Below, one piece after another: positions 10,625-20,408 of a stretch of 64,000 nt of DNA. The translations under genes and the position numbers were made by a program. How positions within the stretch are numbered: position 1 is the stretch's first letter; each line of letters begins with the position of its first letter. Source of the stretch: Escherchia phage Stokescottia; the sequence record OR896820.1. One strand, 5' to 3'. The notes under the pieces are model-generated. The model made no database searches and was not told the origin of the DNA. It was given only the letters and a program-made list of their open reading frames with translations.

Positions 10625-10656
10625 GCTCTGGGTGATTTGCCCAGAGCCTTTTTTAT
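10625..10656 (+). terminator. Rho-independent terminator upstream of the tape measure gene
   Basis: Hairpin GGCTCTGGG-(7 nt)-CCCAGAGCC followed by TTTTTT. Confidence 0.7.
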
Positions 10657-10671
10657 TGGGAAAAATAAAAC

Positions 10672-13600
10672 ATGACTGATAAGCTAATACGAGAATTACT
10701 AATAGACGTTAAACAGAAGGGGGCAACTCGTACTGCAAAGTCTATTGAAAACGTATCTGATGCATTGGAAAACGCTGCTGCTGCTTCCGAACTGACAAAT
10801 GAGCAGTTAGGTAAAATGCCCAAAACTCTTTATTCCATTGAGAGGGCAGCAGACAGAGCAGCGAAAAGTCTTACTAAAATGCAGGCAAGCAGAGGCATGC
10901 TTAGTGTTACTAAATCTATAAATGATATAGGAGCTAAGTTAGATGATCTCGCTATTACAATGATTGAAGTAGCAGATAAGTTAGAAGTCGGATTTGATGG
11001 GGTTTCTAGATCTGTTAAAACAATGGGTAATGATGTTGCAGCTGCAACAGAAAAAGTCCAGGATAGATTATATGATACTAATAGAGCATTAGGTGGCACA
11101 GCTAGAGGTTTTAATGATACTGCTGGTGCTGCTGGCAGAGCTTCTAGAGCTATTGGTAATACTTCTGGTTCAGCACGTGGTGCAACTCGTGATTTTGCGG
11201 CAATGGCTAAGATCGGTGGTAGTTTACCTATTATGTACGCAGCTCTTGCTTCCAACATCTTCGTTTTGCAATCTGCATTTGAACAACTTAAACTAGGTGA
11301 TCAGCTAAATCGTCTAGAAAAATTTGGTGTTATAGTAGGTACTCAGACAGGTACTCCTGTTCAGACCCTTGCTAGATCACTACAAGAAGCTGCTGGATAT
11401 GCTATTTCTTTTGAGGAAGCAATGAGACAGGCATCTTCAGCATCTGCTTATGGATTTGATGCCGAACAACTTAATAAATTTGGTTTAGTAGCTCGTCGTG
11501 CGGCTGCTGTTCTTGGCGTTGATATGACTGATGCACTTAACCGTGTAATTAAGGGCGTATCTAAACAAGAAATCGAACTTCTGGATGAACTTGGTGTCAC
11601 CATCCGTCTTAATGACGCATACGCTGATTATGTTAAACAGTTAAATGCTGCAAACACAGGTATAACATATAATGTTAATAGTCTTACCACTTTCCAGAAG
11701 CAACAAGCATACGCTAACGCGGTAATTGCTGAATCTACTAAGCGGTTTGGCTACCTAGATGAAGTACTACGTGCAACTCCATGGGAGCAATTTGCTGCTA
11801 ATGCAGATGCTGCACTAAGAAAAATACAACAAGCTGCTGCTAAGTATTTAGGGCCAGTAATTGATGCTATCAACACAGTATTTTATACATCTCAGGCTTC
11901 TATATCTGCTGAGGCAGCTAGAGCTCAAGAAAAAACTAATAGACAGATAGACCCTACCAACGTTGGTGCTGTTGCTTTAAGTTTAGCTGCTTCTGAAGAA
12001 GGCTATAATAAAGCTCTAGATATGTATAAGGAATCTCTTGATAAGCGTAATAAGCTAAAATCTGAGTTCGATAAACGAATGGAACAAGCAGATTTCTATA
12101 CAAAACTAGCTATACGTCAAGTTGGTGAAGGTATTCCTGTTGGTCTTGCAGCAGCAGGTGCTTCGGAGGCCAATAAGCAATTTGTAGCAGAAACTGCAGC
12201 TATGGGTCTACAAGTAACTAGACTTGGTAAGGAAGTAGAGGATTCTACAGAGAATCTCAATGCTTGGAAATCAGCGTATCAAGCTGCTGGGGCTGCTGCT
12301 GCAAAGGCTAGTCCAGAGTTTCAGAAGCAAATTAATTTACAGAGAGATACTACTGATCCTGATGCTGTATACGATTTTAACTCTACTGTATTAAAAGGGC
12401 TAACTGAGCAGCAGAAAGCATACAATCAGACTAAGAAAACTGCTAGTGACTTAGCTAATGATATACAGAACGTTGCTCAGAATACAGATACTGCTGCTAA
12501 AACTAGTGCTACTTTAGCAGATGCTATAAAAAACATAGAATCTCTATCTCTAGGTACTGGTAAGAGTGCTGATGAGTACGTTAAAAATCTTAACCTAGGC
12601 TACAACACTCTGTCTGAAATGAAAACTGCATCTCAGGCTCTATCTGAGTATGTTAAACTAACTGGTAATGAAACTAAAAATCAGTTAGCAGTCCAACAGA
12701 AGATAGCTGATGTATATAACCAAACTAAGGATAAAGAAAAAGCACAGGAAGCCGGTAGGCGTTTAGAACTCCAACAGTTAGAAGAGCAAGAAGCTGCTTT
12801 ACGCCGTGTTCTTCAAACAAACCAGGGAAATAAAGCTGTTGAGAAAGAAATTGAAAAAATTCAGCTGGAGAAACTTAAACTTACTAATCAGGGTATGGAG
12901 GCTCAGAAGAAAGTTAAGGATTATACAGATAAAATTCTTGGTGTAGATCGTGAGATAGCTCTCTTAAATAACCGTACTATGACAGATACTCAGTATCGTC
13001 TAGCACAGTTAAATCTTGAATTGACCATTGAAAAAGAGAAGTACGAATGGTACACAAAACAAGCTGATAAACAGAAAGAGGCTGAACAGTCTAGACGTTC
13101 TCAAGCCCAAATTGAACGTGAAATATGGAAATTCCGTCAGGATCAGCAAGCTGAAATGACCAGTAAAAGGCAAGAAGCCTTTGAAAATACTCTAACTTCC
13201 ATGTTCCCTCTGGCAGGGGAAATGCAAAAAATGGAAATGCAGTTAGATTTTTATACTCAGATGAAAGAACTTACTAAAGGTAATGCTAACGAGCAAATGC
13301 GCTGGAATGCTGAAATAGCCAAGACAAGGGCTCAGATGTCGGCTTTAACAGCACAACGTAATGCTCAGATGCAGCAACAGGTAGGGTCTTCTTTAGGTGC
13401 TGTGTATACTCCTACAACTGGACTATCTGGAAAAGACAAAGATTTTGCTGATATGGGAAATAGACTGGCTTCTTATGATCAGGCAATCTCTAAATTATCT
13501 GAGCTAAACTCCGAAGCAACCGCTGTAGCTCAAAGCATGGGTAATTTAACTAATGCTATGATTCATTTCTCCATGGGGTCTTTAGACACTACTTCCTTAA

Positions 13601-14355
13601 TTGCTGCTGGTATGCAATCCGTATCCTCGATGATTCAATATAGTACTAGTCAACAGGTTAGTGCAATTGATCAGGCTATTGCAGCAGAGCAGAAACGTGA
13701 TGGTAAATCAGAAGCATCTAAAGCTAAGTTGAAGAAGTTGGAAGCTGAAAAGCTGAAGATTCAACAAGACGCAGCTAAGAAGCAGATTATTATCCAAACT
13801 GCAGTAGCTGTAATGCAGGCGGCAACAGCTGTTCCATACCCGTTCTCTATCCCTCTGATGGTAGCGGCAGGTTTAGCAGGTGCTCTAGCCCTCGCCCAAG
13901 CATCTTCTGCATCGAGTATGTCGAGTATTGCTGATTCGGGAGCTGATACAACTAGTTACTTAACCTTAGGAGAGCGTCAAAAGAATATAGATGTGTCCAT
14001 GTCTGCTAATGCAGGTGAACTATCTTATATTCGTGGCGATCAAGGTATAGGTAGTGCCAACTCTTTCGTTCCTCGTGCTGAGGGTGGTAATATGTACCCA
14101 GGGGTTAGCTACCAAATGGGTGAACATGGTACAGAAGTAGTTACCCCTATGGTTCCTATGAAAGCTACGCCTAATGATGAGCTAAAAACCTCATCTAACT
14201 CAACTTCAGGAAGACCTATCATCTTGAATATTAGTGCTATGGATGCTGCAAGTTTTAGAGAGTTTGCTTCTAGTAATAGTAGCGCTCTAAGAGACGCAGT
14301 AGAATTAGCTCTGAATGAGAACGGTGCTAGTCTGAAAACATTAGGAAATTCTTAA
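10672..14355 (+). CDS. Tape measure protein (pb2-like)
   Basis: 1227 aa, Ala/Gln-rich coiled coil, hydrophobic segment near the C-terminus; followed by a hairpin terminator. Confidence 0.85.
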   Translation: MTDKLIRELLIDVKQKGATRTAKSIENVSDALENAAAASELTNEQLGKMPKTLYSIERAADRAAKSLTKMQASRGMLSVTKSINDIGAKLDDLAITMIEVADKLEVGFDGVSRSVKTMGNDVAAATEKVQDRLYDTNRALGGTARGFNDTAGAAGRASRAIGNTSGSARGATRDFAAMAKIGGSLPIMYAALASNIFVLQSAFEQLKLGDQLNRLEKFGVIVGTQTGTPVQTLARSLQEAAGYAISFEEAMRQASSASAYGFDAEQLNKFGLVARRAAAVLGVDMTDALNRVIKGVSKQEIELLDELGVTIRLNDAYADYVKQLNAANTGITYNVNSLTTFQKQQAYANAVIAESTKRFGYLDEVLRATPWEQFAANADAALRKIQQAAAKYLGPVIDAINTVFYTSQASISAEAARAQEKTNRQIDPTNVGAVALSLAASEEGYNKALDMYKESLDKRNKLKSEFDKRMEQADFYTKLAIRQVGEGIPVGLAAAGASEANKQFVAETAAMGLQVTRLGKEVEDSTENLNAWKSAYQAAGAAAAKASPEFQKQINLQRDTTDPDAVYDFNSTVLKGLTEQQKAYNQTKKTASDLANDIQNVAQNTDTAAKTSATLADAIKNIESLSLGTGKSADEYVKNLNLGYNTLSEMKTASQALSEYVKLTGNETKNQLAVQQKIADVYNQTKDKEKAQEAGRRLELQQLEEQEAALRRVLQTNQGNKAVEKEIEKIQLEKLKLTNQGMEAQKKVKDYTDKILGVDREIALLNNRTMTDTQYRLAQLNLELTIEKEKYEWYTKQADKQKEAEQSRRSQAQIEREIWKFRQDQQAEMTSKRQEAFENTLTSMFPLAGEMQKMEMQLDFYTQMKELTKGNANEQMRWNAEIAKTRAQMSALTAQRNAQMQQQVGSSLGAVYTPTTGLSGKDKDFADMGNRLASYDQAISKLSELNSEATAVAQSMGNLTNAMIHFSMGSLDTTSLIAAGMQSVSSMIQYSTSQQVSAIDQAIAAEQKRDGKSEASKAKLKKLEAEKLKIQQDAAKKQIIIQTAVAVMQAATAVPYPFSIPLMVAAGLAGALALAQASSASSMSSIADSGADTTSYLTLGERQKNIDVSMSANAGELSYIRGDQGIGSANSFVPRAEGGNMYPGVSYQMGEHGTEVVTPMVPMKATPNDELKTSSNSTSGRPIILNISAMDAASFREFASSNSSALRDAVELALNENGASLKTLGNS

Positions 14356-14362
14356 AACTGGA

Positions 14363-14389
14363 GGAGGACTTTGAGTCCTCCTTTTCTTT
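14363..14389 (+). terminator. Rho-independent terminator after the tape measure gene
   Basis: Hairpin GGAGGAC-TTTGA-GTCCTCC followed by a T-run. Confidence 0.7.
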
Positions 14390-14408
14390 ATGGAAAAATA
14401 AAAATTTC

Positions 14409-14437
14409 TTGATAAAATTTTCTAATACTATTATAAT
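14409..14437 (+). promoter_or_regulatory. Sigma70-type promoter (TTGATA-N17-TATAAT) upstream of Dit/pb9
   Basis: Hexamers with 17-nt spacing, followed by RBS 'ATTAAAGAGGAGAAATTAACTATG'. Confidence 0.6.
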
Positions 14438-14464
14438 ATTGTTATTAAAGAGGAGAAATTAACT

Positions 14465-15079
14465 ATGAGATTACCAGACCCATACACGAATCCAGAACTT
14501 TCAGGCTTAGGATTCGAAAGTGTTAACCTGATTGATAATGACCCAGTAATTCGTGATGAGTTACCAAATGGTAAAGTTAACGAAGTTAAGGTATCTGCTC
14601 AATACTGGGGTATAAATATTTCTTATCCAGAATTATTTCCAGATGAATATAGTGTTCTAGATGCTTTTATTCTAGAATACAAAAGGACTGGTAGTTATAT
14701 AGATGTTATATTACCCCAATACGAAGCTTTTAGAGTTAGAGGTAATACTAGTCTAGTAAATATACCTGCTGGGCAGAAGGGTTCTAATATAACTATGGAT
14801 ACAAAAGGACTTCTTATAGGCACCCCAAAACCGGGGGATCTATTTAAGCTATCTAACCATCCAAAAGTATATAAAATAACATCATTCAACAAATCAGGTA
14901 ATACGTGGTCTATAAACTTATACCCTGATTTATTTATAACTACTACGGGGGCTGAGAAACCCGTGTTTAACGGAATACTATTTAGAACAAAACTCATGAA
15001 TGGTGATGCTTTCGGATCTACATTAAATAATAACGGAACATATTCCGGCATCTCATTAAATTTACGGGAAAGTTTATGA
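14465..15079 (+). CDS. Distal tail protein Dit (pb9-like)
   Basis: 204 aa immediately after the tape measure gene; own promoter and strong RBS. Confidence 0.6.
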   Translation: MRLPDPYTNPELSGLGFESVNLIDNDPVIRDELPNGKVNEVKVSAQYWGINISYPELFPDEYSVLDAFILEYKRTGSYIDVILPQYEAFRVRGNTSLVNIPAGQKGSNITMDTKGLLIGTPKPGDLFKLSNHPKVYKITSFNKSGNTWSINLYPDLFITTTGAEKPVFNGILFRTKLMNGDAFGSTLNNNGTYSGISLNLRESL

Positions 15080-17925
15080 AGAAAATACTAGATAGTGCTA
15101 GAAACTACTTAAAAAATAATAGCAGAATAAAAACTGCTAGTCTAATTTCCCTAGAATTACCTGGCTCTACTGGTACTAGTACTGCTTTTATTTATTTAAC
15201 TGATTATTTTAGAGATGTACTATATAATGGTATTTTGTACCAGGCCGGTAAGGTTAAGTCCATTAGCACACATAAACAAAATAGAGATTTATCTATTGGC
15301 AGTCTATCTTTTACTATTACAGGTACAGCGCAGGATGAAGTACTGAAACTAGTGCAAAATGGTGTGTCCTTTTTAGATAGAACAGTATCAATCCACCAAG
15401 CAATTATTACAGAGGATGGTTCTATTTTACCTGTAGACCCAGACACAAATGGCCCTTTATTATACTTTAGAGGGAGAATTACCGGTGGTGGTATTAAGGA
15501 CAACATTAGTACTTCTGGGGTTGGAACCTCCACAATTACTTGGAATTGTTCTAACCAATTCTATGATTTTGATAGGGTTAATGGTAGATTTACTGATGAT
15601 GCTTCTCATAGAGGGCTTGAGGTTGTAGCAGGGCAATTAGTTCCATCTAACGGGGCTAAAAGACTTGAGTACCAAGAAGATTATGGGTTCTTTCACGCCA
15701 ATAAAAGTATCTCTATTCTAGCAAAATATCAGGTACAGGAAGAAAGATACAAGCTAAAGTCTAAGAAAAAACTATTTGGCCTATCTAGAAGCTATAGTCT
15801 TAAAAAGTACTATGAGACTGTTACTAAAGAAGTAGATATAGATTTTAACCTTGCTGCTAAGTATATACCAGTAGTTTATGGTGTACAGAAAATACCGGGA
15901 ATACCTATTTTTGCGGATACGGAATTACACAATCCTAATATAGTTTATGTAGTATACGCCTTTGCTGAAGGGGAGATAGACGGTTTTCTTGACTTTTCCT
16001 TTGGTGATAATCCTATGATTTGTATGGACTCTAATGATAGCTCTGCTAGAACCTGCTTCGGTGTTAAAAAAATAGCAGGAGACACCATGCAAAGAATAGC
16101 ATCAGGAATATCTTCTAGTAGTCCTTCTGTGCATGGCCAGGAATATAAATATAACGATGGTAATGGTGATATAAGGATTTGGACTTATCATGGAAAAGCC
16201 GATCAAACGGCTTCTGAAGTATTAGTAAATATAGCGAAGGAACGTGGGTTCTACCTCCAAAATATGAATGGTAATGGGCCTGAGTACTGGGATGCTAGAT
16301 ATAAACTATTAGATACTGCATACGCGGTAGTACGCTTTACTATTAATGAAAATAGAACTGAGATCCCAGAAGTTAGTGCTGAGATTCAGGGTAAGAAGAT
16401 AAAAATCTATCATTCTGATGGTAGAGTAACTGCTAATAGCACTAGTTTAAATGGTATCTGGCAAACACTTGATTACTTAACTTCAGATAGATACGGTGCT
16501 AACATTACTATTGATCAGTTCCCTCTCCAACAATTGATACAGGAAGCTGCTATCCTAGATATTATAGATGAATCTTACCAAGTATCCTGGCAGCCATACT
16601 GGAGATACGTTGGGTGGACTGATCCATTAGCAGAAAATAGACAAATAGTACAAATGAATACTATTCTAGATACGTCTGAATCAGTATTTAAAAACGTGCA
16701 AGGTTTGCTAGAGTCCTATGGCGGGGCTATTAACAACTTATCTGGTCAGTATAGGATTACTGTAGAAAAATACTCTAATACTCCGTTAGAGATTAATTTT
16801 CTGGATACTTATGGTGATTTAGAGCTATCAGATACTACTGGTAGAAATAAATTCAACTCAGTTCAAGCATCCATCGTAGACCCAGCTCTTAGCTGGAAAA
16901 CTAACTCTATTACCTTTTACAACTCTAAATATAAAGAGCAGGATAAAAATTTAGACAAAAAATTACAATTATCTTTTGCAAATATAACTAACTACTATAC
17001 TGCTAGAAGTTTTGCAGACAGAGAACTTAAGAAATCTAGGTATTCTAGAACCCTCTCATTTTCTTTACCATACCAATTCATTGGTATTGAGCCTAACGAT
17101 GCTATTGCATTCACATACGACCGTTACGGATGGGATAAGAAGTATTTTTTAGTAGATGAAGTAGAAAACTCTCGAGAAGGAAAGATAAACGTCACCCTAC
17201 AGGAGTATGGAGAAGATGTATTTATCAACTCTGATCAAGTAGATAATAGTGGTAATGATATACCAGATATTAGTAACAATGTTCTTCCTCCTAGAGATTT
17301 TAAATATACCCCTACACCCGGTGGTTTAGTTGGCTCTATAGGAAAAAACGGTGAGCTATCTTGGCTTCCAAGTTTAACTAATAACGTAGTTTATTACTCT
17401 ATTGTGCATTCAGGCCATGCTGAGCCCTATATCGTGCAGCAACTAGAAACAAATCCCAATGAACGCATGATCCAAGAGATAATTGGAGAGCCTGCAGGTT
17501 TAGCAATATTTGAAATAAGGGCTGTGGATATAAACGGTAGAAGAAGTTCTCCAGTAACATTATCTATAGAACTTAACTCTGCTAAAAACCTAAGCGTAGT
17601 ATCTAATTTTAGAGTAACTAATACGGCCTCTGGGGATGCAACTGAGTTTGTAGGCCCAGATGTAAAACTAGCTTGGGATAGGATACCGGAAGAAGATATA
17701 ATAGAAAGTATATTCTATACTCTGGAGATCTATGATTCTCAGAATAGAATGCTAAGAAGTGTACGCATTGAAAATCAGTATACTTATGACTATTTATTAA
17801 TGTATAATAAGGCAGATTTTGCTCTTCATAACAGTGGTGCTCTAGGGATCAATAGAAAACTATATTTTCGTATTAGAGCAGAAGGAGATGATGGAGAACA
17901 GTCTGTGGAGTGGGCATCCATTTAA
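15076..17925 (+). CDS. Baseplate hub / tail tip protein (pb3-like)
   Basis: 949 aa following Dit; length as recalled for T5 pb3. Confidence 0.65.
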   Translation: MKKILDSARNYLKNNSRIKTASLISLELPGSTGTSTAFIYLTDYFRDVLYNGILYQAGKVKSISTHKQNRDLSIGSLSFTITGTAQDEVLKLVQNGVSFLDRTVSIHQAIITEDGSILPVDPDTNGPLLYFRGRITGGGIKDNISTSGVGTSTITWNCSNQFYDFDRVNGRFTDDASHRGLEVVAGQLVPSNGAKRLEYQEDYGFFHANKSISILAKYQVQEERYKLKSKKKLFGLSRSYSLKKYYETVTKEVDIDFNLAAKYIPVVYGVQKIPGIPIFADTELHNPNIVYVVYAFAEGEIDGFLDFSFGDNPMICMDSNDSSARTCFGVKKIAGDTMQRIASGISSSSPSVHGQEYKYNDGNGDIRIWTYHGKADQTASEVLVNIAKERGFYLQNMNGNGPEYWDARYKLLDTAYAVVRFTINENRTEIPEVSAEIQGKKIKIYHSDGRVTANSTSLNGIWQTLDYLTSDRYGANITIDQFPLQQLIQEAAILDIIDESYQVSWQPYWRYVGWTDPLAENRQIVQMNTILDTSESVFKNVQGLLESYGGAINNLSGQYRITVEKYSNTPLEINFLDTYGDLELSDTTGRNKFNSVQASIVDPALSWKTNSITFYNSKYKEQDKNLDKKLQLSFANITNYYTARSFADRELKKSRYSRTLSFSLPYQFIGIEPNDAIAFTYDRYGWDKKYFLVDEVENSREGKINVTLQEYGEDVFINSDQVDNSGNDIPDISNNVLPPRDFKYTPTPGGLVGSIGKNGELSWLPSLTNNVVYYSIVHSGHAEPYIVQQLETNPNERMIQEIIGEPAGLAIFEIRAVDINGRRSSPVTLSIELNSAKNLSVVSNFRVTNTASGDATEFVGPDVKLAWDRIPEEDIIESIFYTLEIYDSQNRMLRSVRIENQYTYDYLLMYNKADFALHNSGALGINRKLYFRIRAEGDDGEQSVEWASI

Positions 17926-19982
17926 TGATTTCGAATAATGCACCAGCCAAAATGGTCTTAAATAGTATAATGACTGGATATACAATGGCGTATGTCCAGC
18001 ACTCTATATATACTGACTATGACGTTATTGGTAGATCTTTTTGGTTAAAGACAGGAGAAAGTATAGATAGACGTGATTATACTGGTATAGATACTTTCTT
18101 CGTAATGATTAATAACCTGACCCCTTCAACCTCTTATGAGATTCAAGGGGCTTTTTATGATTCTATTATAGATTCAGAGCTACTAGAGGCTAAAATTGGT
18201 ATAAACTTATCCAATAAAACTACCTTTAATACTAAGAGAAAACCTACTATTACTGCCGCTAGATCAGAAGCTGATCCAGTAGATGTGGGTGTAGGTGCCC
18301 CTATAGTAGTTATAGAGACTACAGGAGAAGCTAGTTATTGTACTATTGAGTTAAAAAGTACTCAACCTTCAAATAGCCCGTGGGTAAAGTATTATATAGG
18401 CCCACTATCTCCGACTATTAGATTTGGTGGTGTTCCTATTGGGGATTATAAAGTACGTATATCAGGGCAAGTTACTATGCCTGATGGTGTAACTGTAGAC
18501 TCCTCTGGATACTTTGAGTTTTCTAAAGTTCTTACTGTAGAGTATAACTTTGTACCTCCCACTGCTCCTAGCAATATTACCTTCAAGGCTGCAAGAATTG
18601 CAGATGGTAAAGAACGTTATGATTTACGTGTGCAATGGGATTGGAATAGGGGGTCTGGAGCCAATGTTCGTGAATTTGTTGTTTCTTATATAGACTCCGC
18701 AGAATTTGCAAGAACTGGATGGACTAAGGCCCAAAAAATTAACGTAGGTGCTGCACAAGCGGCAACTATTATATCGTTTCCGTGGAAAATTGAGCATAAA
18801 TTTAAAGTCTCCTCTATAGCGTGGGGGCCAGATGCTAAAGATGTAACAGATTCTGCAGTACAGACTTTTATACTAAATGAGGATACTCCTCTTGATAATA
18901 GTTTTGTTAATGAAACTGGTATCGAAGTAAACTATGCGTATATTAAAGGTAAGATTAAAGATGGCTCTACGTGGAAGCAAACATTTTTAATTGATGCCTC
19001 TACTGGTGCTATTAATATAGGTCTTCTGGATGCAGAAGGAAAAGCACCAATATCTTTCGATCCTATTAAAAAGATAGTTAACGTTGATGGTAGTGTTATA
19101 ACCAAAACTATCAATGCTGCTAATTTTGTAATGACTAATCTAACTGGCCAAGATAATCCGGCAATCTATACTCAAGGTAAAACTTGGGGAGATACAAAAT
19201 CTGGTATCTGGATGGGAATGGATAACACTTCTGCTAAACCAAAGTTAGATATAGGTAATGCTACTCAATGGATACGTTATGATGGTGATACTCTTCGTAT
19301 TTCTAGCGGGGTTGTTATTGGGACTCCTAATGGTGACGTAGATATTGGTACTGGGATGCAGGGTAAACAAACAGTATTTGTTTATAAACTTGGTAAAAGC
19401 TTGCCAGCAAAACCATTGGAGCAAGATTACCCACCTCCTGGTTGGTCAAAAACTCCACCCAACCGTACAGATATGACACAAAATATCTATGCGACTACAG
19501 GTACACTTGATCCAGTAACTAATAAGCTACTTGCAGGTACTAGCTGGTCTGATGTAGTTCAATGGAGTGGTACTGAAGGTACTATCGGTGCAGATGGGCA
19601 AAGAGGTCCTGGCATGTATTCCTTAGGTATTCCAGATCTTGGTGGTTGGGATGATGGGCAAGCTAATACCTTTTTCCAGAATAACTTTGGTAGTCCCCCA
19701 GTTAGATATGATGTATTGACTGAGTTTAATAGTAATGCTCCGCAAACAGCATTTACTCGTCAATGGAATGGTTCCGGTTGGATTAACCCTGCAATGGTTC
19801 TTCATGGCAACATGATTGTTAATGGAACTGTGACTGCTGATAAGATTGTGGCAGGAAATGCCTTCTTATCACAAATCGGTGTTAATATAATCTATGATAG
19901 AAATGCTGCGTTATCAGGGAACCCGGAAGCCTATTACAGAATGAAGATAGACCTGCAAAACGGGTACATTCATATAAGGTAA
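17910..19982 (+). CDS. Tail tip protein pb4-like (start may be the in-frame ATG at 17925, which overlaps the pb3 stop as TAATG)
   Basis: 690 aa; synteny. Confidence 0.6.
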   Translation: MGIHLMISNNAPAKMVLNSIMTGYTMAYVQHSIYTDYDVIGRSFWLKTGESIDRRDYTGIDTFFVMINNLTPSTSYEIQGAFYDSIIDSELLEAKIGINLSNKTTFNTKRKPTITAARSEADPVDVGVGAPIVVIETTGEASYCTIELKSTQPSNSPWVKYYIGPLSPTIRFGGVPIGDYKVRISGQVTMPDGVTVDSSGYFEFSKVLTVEYNFVPPTAPSNITFKAARIADGKERYDLRVQWDWNRGSGANVREFVVSYIDSAEFARTGWTKAQKINVGAAQAATIISFPWKIEHKFKVSSIAWGPDAKDVTDSAVQTFILNEDTPLDNSFVNETGIEVNYAYIKGKIKDGSTWKQTFLIDASTGAINIGLLDAEGKAPISFDPIKKIVNVDGSVITKTINAANFVMTNLTGQDNPAIYTQGKTWGDTKSGIWMGMDNTSAKPKLDIGNATQWIRYDGDTLRISSGVVIGTPNGDVDIGTGMQGKQTVFVYKLGKSLPAKPLEQDYPPPGWSKTPPNRTDMTQNIYATTGTLDPVTNKLLAGTSWSDVVQWSGTEGTIGADGQRGPGMYSLGIPDLGGWDDGQANTFFQNNFGSPPVRYDVLTEFNSNAPQTAFTRQWNGSGWINPAMVLHGNMIVNGTVTADKIVAGNAFLSQIGVNIIYDRNAALSGNPEAYYRMKIDLQNGYIHIR

Positions 19983-19985
19983 ATA

Positions 19986-20408
19986 ATGAGTACTGAAAAT
20001 AGAGTTATAGACTTAGTAATAGATGAAAAAGTACCTTATGGTTTAATGATGCAGTTCTTAGATGTTGATGATAGTACTTATCCACCTACAAATACCCCTG
20101 TTAATTTAACGGGGTATTCTCTAAGAGGTGTTATAAAAAGTAGTCTAGAAGAGAACGCAGAAACCCTAGCATCCTTTACTACTAGTATTATTGATGCTGC
20201 CCAGGGAGCTGTGGCTATAAGTTTGCCAGTAGAATCCGTGGAAAATCTAGGAGCTAAAGCGTCTAAAGATAGAGATAAATATAACCCACGTCAGCGATTC
20301 GCAGGATACTATGATATAATTATGACTAGAGATGTTGTAGGATCTGCAATTAGCTCCTTTCGCATAATGGAGGGTAAAGTATTTATCAGTGATGGGGTAA
20401 CTAAATAA
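19986..20408 (+). CDS. Tail collar protein (p132-like)
   Basis: 140 aa between pb4 and the fibre gene. Confidence 0.45.
   Translation: MSTENRVIDLVIDEKVPYGLMMQFLDVDDSTYPPTNTPVNLTGYSLRGVIKSSLEENAETLASFTTSIIDAAQGAVAISLPVESVENLGAKASKDRDKYNPRQRFAGYYDIIMTRDVVGSAISSFRIMEGKVFISDGVTK

Noticed and set aside
10830-11258. 142-aa minus-strand ORF inside the tape measure gene
   Set aside because: Ala/Leu-rich mirror of the tape measure coding sequence; antisense artefact
14409-14467. Cloning-vector contamination suggested by the pQE-type RBS and T5 promoter strings
   Set aside because: The strings sit in uninterrupted phage gene context on both sides, consistent with being native T5-lineage sequence
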